A program made the translations under genes and the position numbers. 43,002 nucleotides of DNA, taken from the NCBI GenBank assembly GCA_947585065.1, contig CANPWX010000002.1, positions 1 through 43,002 on the forward strand, read 5' to 3'. Positions 37,201 to 43,002 of this stretch are shown one piece after another. How positions within the stretch are numbered: the first letter of the stretch is position 1; every line of letters starts with the position of its first letter. The notes beneath the pieces are model-generated. The model was not told the DNA's origin. It did no database searches and was given only the letters and a program-made list of their open reading frames with translations. The DNA comes from an uncultured Bacilli bacterium. Lineage in GTDB: Bacteria; Bacillota_I; Bacilli_A; RF39; UBA660.

Positions 37201-40028
37201 ACTATGTTCCAGAAATTAATGGTTGGTTAATGCAAAGATCAGGAGTACGTTTTGATTATGGAAATACAAAAAACACAAAAACTTGGGGAACAAAACGAGC
37301 AGATGCCTTGACTTTAATTAAATCTTCATTAAATCTAAAAACAATATCTATATTTGATAAAGATCAAGATGACAAGGAAATTTTCAATGCAAAGGAGACA
37401 GCAATTGCAAGAGAAAAACAAAATGAAATTAAAGAAGAATTTAAAAATTGGGTAAATACTCATGAAAACATAAGAAAAGAGTTAGTAAAAATGTATAATG
37501 AAAAGTTTAATTCCATTCGATTAAGAGAATATGATGGTTTAAATTTAGAATTTAAAGGAATGTCAACTTCTATTCAATTAAAGGAACATCAAAAAAATGC
37601 CGTTGCACGTATTCTTTTTGGTGGTAATACTTTGCTAGCACACTGCGTAGGAGCAGGAAAAACGTTTGAAATGGTGGCAGCAGCGATGGAACTAAAAAGA
37701 TTAGGAATTGCACACAAGCCTATGTTTGTTGTTCCAAATCATTTAACAGAACAATGGGGATCTGAATTTTTGAAGTTGTATCCAAATGCTAACATATTAG
37801 TTGCAACAAAAAAGGATTTTGAAAAAGAAAAGAGAAAAAGATTTATGTCACGAATTGCAACAGGTGAATGGGATGCAGTTATTGTTGGACATAGTTCGTT
37901 TGGAAAAATTCCCGTTTCTAAGGAATTACAAATCAGTTTTATTAATGAAGAAATTGGAAATATTAGTATTGCAGTTGAACGAATTAAAGCAGAACATGGA
38001 GGAGATTTAAGTGTTAAAAAAATGGAAGCAATGCAAAAATCTTTATCCACTAATTTAAAAAAATTATTAGCAGAAGATACAAAAGATGATAGTGTGACTT
38101 TTGAAGAGTTAGGTGTTGATTATTTATTTGTTGATGAAGCTCATGAATTTAAAAATTTAGCATTATTTTCTAAAATGAATAATGTAAGTGGAGTAAGTTC
38201 TGTAGCAAGTCAAAAAGCAAGCGATTTGTATATGAAAATTCAATATTTGGATAGTTTAAAACCAAATAATTGTGTAGTCTTTGCAACTGGTACACCAATA
38301 TCAAATTCTATGGCAGAACTGTATACAATGCAAAAATATTTACAGTTTAATACATTAAAAAAATTAGGACTAGATTATTTTGATAGCTGGGCGAGTGTTT
38401 TCGGACAAACAGTAACTACTTTAGAACTTGCACCAGATGGATCTGGTTTTAGAAATAAAACGCGATTTGCAAAATTTAATAATGTACCAGAGTTATTAAA
38501 TCTCTTTAAAAGCATTGCAGATATAAAAACTTCAAAAGAATTAAATTTACCTGTTCCTAAATTGAAATTTAATCGTTATGAAAATGTAACTGCTCCAAAA
38601 AGCAAGGAACTTACTGATTATGTAGAAACACTAGTGCAACGTAGCGAGGATATTAAAAATAATCTTGTTAAACCTTATGAGGATAATATGCTTTTAGTAA
38701 CTACTGATGGAAGAAAAGCAGCACTTGATTTAAGGCTTGTAGATGAAAATATGCCCGATTTACCAAACAGTAAAATAAACATAGCGGTAGATAACATCTT
38801 TAAAATTTATGATGAAACAAAAGCAAAAAGGTCTACTCAATTAGTTTTCTGTGATTTATCAGTACCAAAAAATGATGGGACTTTTAGTGTATATAATGAC
38901 GTAAGAGATAAGTTAATCAATAAAGGTGTAAAGGAAGAAGAAATTGCTTTTATTCATGACGCTGATACAGAAACTAAAAAAGCAGAATTGTTTGAAGATG
39001 TGAGAAACGGAAAAGTGAGAATTTTAATGGGATCAACATCAAAAATGGGTGCGGGAGTGAATGTTCAAAATAAACTAATAGCATTACATCACTTAGACTG
39101 TCCGTGGAGACCAAGTGATATGGAACAACGCGAGGGAAGAATTTTAAGACAAGGAAATGAAAATGCAGAAGTACAGATTTTTCGTTATGTAACCGAGGCT
39201 AGTTTTGATGGATATTCCTATCAGATTTTAGAAACGAAAGAAAACTTTATCAATCCAATTATGACATCAGCAACTGCAAATCGAACAATGAGCGATATAG
39301 ATGATAGTGCTTTATCCTATTCTGAAATTAAAGCAATAGCAACAGGAAACCGTGCAATTAAGAGAAAATTTCAAATTGAAAATGATTTAAAACAATTATC
39401 TTTACTTAAAGCACGTTATGATTCCTCTAAAAGAGAAATGGAAAATGACTTGGTAATTCACTTTCCAAGAGAATTGAAAGAAAGTGAAACTACAAAAGAA
39501 ATGATTGAACAAGATTTGGAAAAGGTAACAGATACTTCTGGTGACAAATTTTCTATCGAGTTAATGGGAAAGCAATATAACCAAAGAACGGATGCTGGTG
39601 ATAAACTTCTCGCTATATTTTCTATCTTAAAGCATGAAGAAAGAGTCGTTGGACATTTTAGTAATTTTGAAATTATTGGAAATAAAGATGAAGTTGCGGA
39701 TTTACCGCATTTTTATTTGAAAGGGGCTTATTCATATCCAATAGAAGTGTCTTTCAACAGTCTAGGAAATATTATGAAATTTGAAAGTGCGGTAAAAGGA
39801 ATACCTAATAGATATGAAACAGCTAAAGAAGAAGTGGAAAGAATCAACAAACAAATTGAAATGACAAAAGAGGAAATCAAGAAACCGTTTACTAGATTAG
39901 AAGAATTACAAAACCTCATAAAAGAAAAAGAAGAAGTTTATAAAGAACTAGGTATTAATGAGGAAGAAGAACAGATTCTTTGTGACACAAAAGAAACTAG
40001 CGAAACCCAAATGGAAATAACAATTTAA
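34200..40028 (+). CDS. giant fusion protein: N-terminal ArdC-N-like region, N6-adenine DNA methyltransferase and SNF2/DEAD-type helicase
   Basis: MTase motif [14 protein letters not shown] and motif IV ISNVPFG. Helicase motif [55 protein letters not shown] start with AGAGGGGAG RBS. 1942 aa. Confidence 0.85.
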   Translation: MQNKILLNSKEFLKFIKFASQFYKANYYNIENVLYLYNECPHGRAFGTYDDWNMVGRRIIANKHGYRLLNKENWRVIVFDISQTWGRKILFNQFDKEKAPIILESLQNTHQLEKENNITSEDTSKQFFETIRKIVLKKMKESDDNFNETDQNFISTLSSLFVLNKCNYNINNYYQENLFDELKNPNYLELLDISYDTYRNLMFEIKALEKEIKKEKVTIEETVETEKNLEIETRELKEEIAEKITEQRIDNEELTNELSDFVNEEDNQQEVQEEPLTQSYQQQFDLFNNTVTEIKEEKLNNEETKMEDTNKKQDYYYRTVEQTLIPTSNGMTLSEKKYKYYDFNGNEIKDYEEKHSKQDYHFETDIDYGGSKTKFLNNVNAVNLLKTLEKENRSATKEEQDVLAKYTGWGGIPEAFDERKENWINEYQQLKDILTPDEYEKARESTLTAFYTPNIVIKSIWNILERMGFRKGNILEPSMGIGNFFGNIPKNMENSKLYGVELDSISGQIAKKLYPNADIQIKGYEETNFQDNFFDLIISNVPFGSIPIYDNNYKENNLYIHDYFFKKSLDKVRAGGIIAFITSTGTLDKQDNRFRKYIAERADLIGAFRLPYDVFKKIGNTKVTSDVIFLKKKDKLEINANPNWLEIGKTEDGIPINNYYLENPDMLLGKMDYDYMYGNDQFTVLKSLENKELKDLLHNIEEKFAKDIYHEIEETKDIQEEILPAMPNVKNNAFIIINDKIYQRNDSVMIPLKNQDGKSCERITGMIQIRDCLKKVFDIQLKNGIDEDLQQEQNKLNKIYDQFVKKYGNLNDSANRKVFSEDPDYCLLTSIEEEYKEGDIKKFRKGIVFSQRTIRPMNLELKAETSIEALTISLNEKGNVDIPFISNLLKKSEKEVLEELNGLIFKEPILSQDREKDYWVTSAEYLSGNVREKLQQAESLNQDGMYDKNIEALKRVQPEEIKAEDIDISLGAVWIPPNIIKKFCVDLVDIPYQYEDKLHIDYVPEINGWLMQRSGVRFDYGNTKNTKTWGTKRADALTLIKSSLNLKTISIFDKDQDDKEIFNAKETAIAREKQNEIKEEFKNWVNTHENIRKELVKMYNEKFNSIRLREYDGLNLEFKGMSTSIQLKEHQKNAVARILFGGNTLLAHCVGAGKTFEMVAAAMELKRLGIAHKPMFVVPNHLTEQWGSEFLKLYPNANILVATKKDFEKEKRKRFMSRIATGEWDAVIVGHSSFGKIPVSKELQISFINEEIGNISIAVERIKAEHGGDLSVKKMEAMQKSLSTNLKKLLAEDTKDDSVTFEELGVDYLFVDEAHEFKNLALFSKMNNVSGVSSVASQKASDLYMKIQYLDSLKPNNCVVFATGTPISNSMAELYTMQKYLQFNTLKKLGLDYFDSWASVFGQTVTTLELAPDGSGFRNKTRFAKFNNVPELLNLFKSIADIKTSKELNLPVPKLKFNRYENVTAPKSKELTDYVETLVQRSEDIKNNLVKPYEDNMLLVTTDGRKAALDLRLVDENMPDLPNSKINIAVDNIFKIYDETKAKRSTQLVFCDLSVPKNDGTFSVYNDVRDKLINKGVKEEEIAFIHDADTETKKAELFEDVRNGKVRILMGSTSKMGAGVNVQNKLIALHHLDCPWRPSDMEQREGRILRQGNENAEVQIFRYVTEASFDGYSYQILETKENFINPIMTSATANRTMSDIDDSALSYSEIKAIATGNRAIKRKFQIENDLKQLSLLKARYDSSKREMENDLVIHFPRELKESETTKEMIEQDLEKVTDTSGDKFSIELMGKQYNQRTDAGDKLLAIFSILKHEERVVGHFSNFEIIGNKDEVADLPHFYLKGAYSYPIEVSFNSLGNIMKFESAVKGIPNRYETAKEEVERINKQIEMTKEEIKKPFTRLEELQNLIKEKEEVYKELGINEEEEQILCDTKETSETQMEITI

Positions 40029-40036
40029 TTTTTTTT

Positions 40037-40077
40037 AAAAAACACTTGATTTTTTGAAAGATTAGAGTGATTAATTG
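40037..40077 (+). promoter_or_regulatory. copy C of the conserved promoter/operator motif
   Basis: aaaaaacacttgattttttgaaagattagagtgattaattg, right after the giant gene and ~140 nt upstream of 40214. Confidence 0.55.
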
Positions 40078-40213
40078 TTCAAACGAAAAAATCGTTTAAA
40101 CATATTTGAACTAAGTTTAGCGAGAAGTGAAGTATTCACTTAATCAAGTATGTGCAGAAAAAAATAAAGTGTCTGAAAATCGCTAAAAAGGCACTTTAAG
40201 GGAGGAAAAGAAA

Positions 40214-40717
40214 ATGAAAGAAAATATTAGTGAAAATGTAAAAAAAACATTAGAAAAATTTAATGAATTGGAAGATTTTGAAAAACTTTATTTAACAAGT
40301 ATAATATTAAATCATCTTGATAATGGACTTATTAATGATGGCAATTATATGAATGAAGAAGAGGCGTATGAAAATAAAAAAGAAGTATTAACATCTTCCA
40401 TATTATTGCTTGATGATCCTATGAAACTAGCAACAAATTTGCTTGTAGTGGGTGCAACTTTAGAAAAAATATCTATCAATCCAAACGGTGTTGATATTGA
40501 ACCATATATTAATAATATTGAAAAATTACCAATAAAAGAATTCTATCAATTGTCTTATCAAGATAAAATTGATTATTTAGCAGAGATATTTTATGAAATA
40601 TCCACGATCGCTGAGGTAGAACAATTAAAATTTGATTTTAATGCGTTAATTGGTAATTTACTAGATTATAGCAGAGAATTGTTTGGAAAAAATGAGACAA
40701 ATCTTGAAACTTTATAA
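40214..40717 (+). CDS. hypothetical protein
   Basis: GGGAGGAAAAG RBS. 167 aa, acidic. Confidence 0.5.
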   Translation: MKENISENVKKTLEKFNELEDFEKLYLTSIILNHLDNGLINDGNYMNEEEAYENKKEVLTSSILLLDDPMKLATNLLVVGATLEKISINPNGVDIEPYINNIEKLPIKEFYQLSYQDKIDYLAEIFYEISTIAEVEQLKFDFNALIGNLLDYSRELFGKNETNLETL

Positions 40718-40732
40718 TTATGCCGAGAAAAT

Positions 40733-40845
40733 CTATTGACAATAGGTAATTGAAATTCGTAATGCTCAATGCAAAGCAAGAAAATTCTTTTTTTGCTATG
40801 CACATTTTATAAAAAGAATTACAATTAGGTTCCTGTTGTCAATAG
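40733..40845. promoter_or_regulatory. nested inverted repeats between 40214-40717 and the recombination module
   Basis: Outer ctattgacaatagg (40733-40746) / cctgttgtcaatag (40832-40845), 13 of 14 complementary. Inner aattcttttt (40783-40792) / aaaaagaatt (40811-40820). Confidence 0.45.
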
Positions 40846-40903
40846 AGGAATTGGAATAATTATTTGCAAAGATTACATAAAAACATAAAGGGGGTTGAAA
40901 TTT

Positions 40904-41125
40904 ATGAATGATAAAAGACAAGAAAAATATAATGCTACTATTTTAGAACATACTTATATGTTGGCAATGTTATCTCTTATAAGAGATACGATTACATCAA
41001 ACGAATATAACGAATTAAAACGACAAATAAACGATGAATATTTAAAAAGTATTTATTTGTATGAACCGTTAGATTATATAGACTTTTTAAATTCCAAAAA
41101 AAATTTATTACTGGAGTTTCAATAA
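40904..41125 (+). CDS. small protein directly upstream of the recombinase (candidate recombination directionality factor)
   Basis: AAAGGGGG lies 9 nt before the ATG at 40904 (track TTG at 40895 rejected). 73 aa, 19 bp upstream of the recombinase start. The RDF role is inferred from position only. Confidence 0.4.
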   Translation: MNDKRQEKYNATILEHTYMLAMLSLIRDTITSNEYNELKRQINDEYLKSIYLYEPLDYIDFLNSKKNLLLEFQ

Positions 41126-41144
41126 TTAGAAAGAGGGTAAAATT

Positions 41145-42932
41145 GTGACAAATGAAAATGAATTAAAGCAAAAAGTTAAAATCGTATATGATAATATCAA
41201 TAAATCAAAAGATTATGCAACGAATTGTACTCAAATGAAAATAAAAGTTTGTGCCTATGCAAGAGTAAGTACAGATAGTGAAGAACAAAAAACTAGTTAT
41301 GAATCGCAAAAACAACACTATGAAGAATTGATTAAAGGAAATTCAAATTGGAAATTTGTTGGAATATATGCTGATGAGGGTATTAGTGGAACGCAAATGA
41401 AAAAAAGAGATGATTTTAATAGAATGTTGCAAGATGCTTTAAATGGAAAGATAGATATGATTATTGCAAAATCAATTTCAAGATTTGCAAGAAATACTGT
41501 AGATACATTGAATGTTGTAAGACTTTTAAGAAATCACAATGTAGATGTATATTTTGAAAAAGAAAATATTCATACAATGTCAATGACTAATGAACTCTTT
41601 TTGACTTTTTATAGTGCTTTTGCTCAGGGAGAAAGTGAGTCTATTTCTGAGAATTTGAAACGAGGTCTATCATATAAAATGGAACGTGGAGAAATGGTTG
41701 GACAACCTGCTCCATTTGGTTATGATTATGATAGAGAACAAAAAATAATTACTATAAATAAGAAACAAGCAGTTATTGTAAAAAGAATTTTTGAAGAATA
41801 TGCAAGTGGAAAAGGGATTTTATCTATTGCAAGAGACTTGAATTCTGATGGAATTTTAAGTGCTACAAAACGTAAATGGGTGCCAGAAAGTATTAGAAAA
41901 ATTTTAAATAATGAGAAATATATTGGGGACTTGTGTACAGGAAAAACATTTGTCGTAAATGTAATAGAGCATAAAAAGAAAAGAAATGATGGAGAGCAAA
42001 AGAAATATTATACAGAAAACCATCATGAGGCGATTATTTCAAGAGAACTTTGGGATAAAGCACATGAGATTTATAAAAAACGTAGTGATATTCCCCAAAA
42101 ACATCGTGATAAATATAGTCGTAGATATGCTTTTAGTAGCAAGATTTATTGTGGCTTTTGTGGAGAAAGATTTGTAAGGAAATCTTATTTAAAAGATAAA
42201 AAAGATCCAAACACTAGAGTTGCGATTTGGGGTTGCAGAAGTCATAATCATTCTTTACCATGTGAGAATCATATTACATATAGAGAAGAAGAATTAAAAA
42301 CTATGTTTTTAATCACTTTTAATGAAATGTTTAGAGATTACGAACAATATTTTGACGCATTCTTAAAGAAAATAGATATTGTACTTAACAAAGAAAATAT
42401 TTTAGGAGAACTAGATAGTTTACAAAAAGAAAAAAACAGCTTATTAGGTAAACAATCTAAATTACTTGATTTATTTATAAATCAAAATATTTCAAAAGAT
42501 GTACTAAATGAAAAAGTTTCTTCTATGAAATCCGAATTGGCTTTAATAGAAGAAAAAATTAAAAAATGTGAAGATAGCAAAGCATTACGTTCAAAAAAAG
42601 TAGAACAAATAGAAAATATTAAAAACATCTTAAAAGCAAATCCAAAATTAGATAAATTTGATGATAAAGTTTTTGAAAGTATTGTTGATAAGATTATTAT
42701 AGGTGAAGTAGAAGAAGATGGAACTTTCAATTATAAGGCCATTAAATTTCTTTTAAAAACTGGTGAGGTAATCAGTAATAGTGGTAGAATCGATAAATTA
42801 TTAAAAGAAGTAACAGAAAAAAGTCAGAGTTCAATAAATGTCACTGTCAGAAAAGTTGACAATGATAAATCTTCAGGAATAACTGCATATCTTCAATGTG
42901 AGCGATTATGGATATGCAACCAGTGGAAATAG
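41145..42932 (+). CDS. large serine recombinase (integrase)
   Basis: Catalytic VCAYARVSTDSEEQ and IAKSISRFARN. Recombinase domain. Zn-ribbon CGFCGERF...WGCRSH...C. Long coiled coil. 595 aa. The last 9 codons are encoded by host DNA beyond the crossover at 42904-42905. Confidence 0.9.
   Translation: MTNENELKQKVKIVYDNINKSKDYATNCTQMKIKVCAYARVSTDSEEQKTSYESQKQHYEELIKGNSNWKFVGIYADEGISGTQMKKRDDFNRMLQDALNGKIDMIIAKSISRFARNTVDTLNVVRLLRNHNVDVYFEKENIHTMSMTNELFLTFYSAFAQGESESISENLKRGLSYKMERGEMVGQPAPFGYDYDREQKIITINKKQAVIVKRIFEEYASGKGILSIARDLNSDGILSATKRKWVPESIRKILNNEKYIGDLCTGKTFVVNVIEHKKKRNDGEQKKYYTENHHEAIISRELWDKAHEIYKKRSDIPQKHRDKYSRRYAFSSKIYCGFCGERFVRKSYLKDKKDPNTRVAIWGCRSHNHSLPCENHITYREEELKTMFLITFNEMFRDYEQYFDAFLKKIDIVLNKENILGELDSLQKEKNSLLGKQSKLLDLFINQNISKDVLNEKVSSMKSELALIEEKIKKCEDSKALRSKKVEQIENIKNILKANPKLDKFDDKVFESIVDKIIIGEVEEDGTFNYKAIKFLLKTGEVISNSGRIDKLLKEVTEKSQSSINVTVRKVDNDKSSGITAYLQCERLWICNQWK
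42895..42915. other. attR junction (crossover GA at 42904-42905)
   Basis: gtgagc-GA-tt-atggata. The host half-site ATGGATA (42908-42914) is the inverted partner of TATCCAT at 139-145. Confidence 0.6.
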
Positions 42933-43002
42933 TGCATCTGAAGAAACAAATAGAGCAGGATGTTTAGCAAAAGAAATATGGAGTTGGATGTCAGGTTCAT
43001 GG
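42904..43002 (+). pseudogene. 3' portion of the interrupted host ORF (runs off the window)
   Basis: DYGYATSGNSASEETNRAGCLAKEIWSWMSGSW is open to the window end. The same frame has a TAA ~25 nt upstream and no start codon, consistent with a junction. Confidence 0.6.

Larger units (their letters stand above)
148..42905. mobile_element. Integrative conjugative element, ~42.76 kb: cargo, T4SS/relaxase core and serine recombinase module
   Basis: It is flanked by two halves of one host ORF. It carries a large serine recombinase at the right end, VirB4, a VirD4-type coupling protein, a relaxase, an oriT-like region, a sortase and an LPXTG adhesin. Confidence 0.75.

Noticed and set aside
31492-42730. 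Nested or antisense ORFs in the coupling protein, giant fusion and recombinase genes (31492-31689, 31526-31771, 35549-35731, 37739-38050, 37801-38010, 39728-39919, 41986-42177, 42482-42730), plus 891-1073 and 11510-11743 elsewhere.
   Set aside because: These are shadow ORFs inside longer, motif-supported frames.
41235-42932. A later recombinase start at MKIKVCAYARVST, the typical serine-recombinase N-terminus.
   Set aside because: That ATG has no RBS. The GTG at 41145 has AGAGGGTAA at proper spacing, so I kept the longer call. The true start remains uncertain by ~30 codons.
42904-43002. The window might be a circular molecule: the ORF running off the right edge is in frame with the ORF entering at base 1 (…MSGSW + ITTTQAY…).
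   Set aside because: In-frame continuity has a 1-in-3 chance. The insertion model explains much more: the palindromic attB, the GA core, the MYPS|DYGYA fusion, and a TAA with no start codon just upstream of 42904. The order …MYPS then DYGYA… also only makes sense with the left fragment being N-terminal. Circularity cannot be tested from this window.
1-43002. Genetic code 4 (TGA=Trp) for the whole window, prompted by the two in-frame TGAs at 5009 and 5069 and the very low GC.
   Set aside because: More than 25 kb of long ORFs, including 1942-, 1392- and 819-aa proteins, contain many Trp codons, all TGG, and no internal TGA. TGA ends several genes in ATGA overlaps. Code 11 fits the element. The TGA pattern is confined to one decayed gene.

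Overview
AT-rich, low-GC Firmicutes-like DNA read with the standard code 11: long ORFs carry Trp as TGG, and TGA appears only as a stop in ATGA overlaps. Almost the whole window is one ~42.76-kb integrative conjugative element (ICE) inserted into a host ORF. Host ORF fragments sit at 1-149 and 42904-43002. Removing 150-42905 rebuilds an in-frame gene and a perfect palindromic attB with a GA crossover. A large serine recombinase (41145-42932) lies at the right end.

The core is a ~25-kb co-directional block (15092-40028):
- a TM/low-complexity protein and a 1392-aa LPQTG surface adhesin with an N-terminal thioester-type domain
- an SSB-like protein
- a Gram-positive T4SS: VirB2-, VirB6- and VirB3-like proteins, a VirB4 ATPase and an M23 hydrolase
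- a structured oriT-like gap followed by two ribbon-helix-helix proteins and an HxH relaxase, an order I recall from pLS20 (oriT-aux1-aux2-rel)
- a VirD4-type coupling protein, an XRE protein and a sortase
- a 1942-aa N6-adenine methyltransferase/SNF2 helicase fusion

An ArpU/sigma-region-4-like regulator (14411-14899) sits upstream. A conserved ~40-bp promoter-like motif occurs three times (1801, 14977, 40037).

The left 14 kb is cargo:
- a cluster of XRE regulators, two of them membrane-tethered
- an ANT/Lnu-like nucleotidyltransferase
- a decayed Ig-like-domain gene with two in-frame TGAs
- an alpha-lytic-type S1 protease next to one of two inverted paralogous lipoproteins
- several secreted or membrane proteins of unknown function
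- a 5-gene ABC-transporter cassette bracketed by ~240-bp direct repeats, with an IS66-like transposase remnant beside it

I saw no rRNA, tRNA or CRISPR. All functional calls rest on motifs read by eye. No database search was run.
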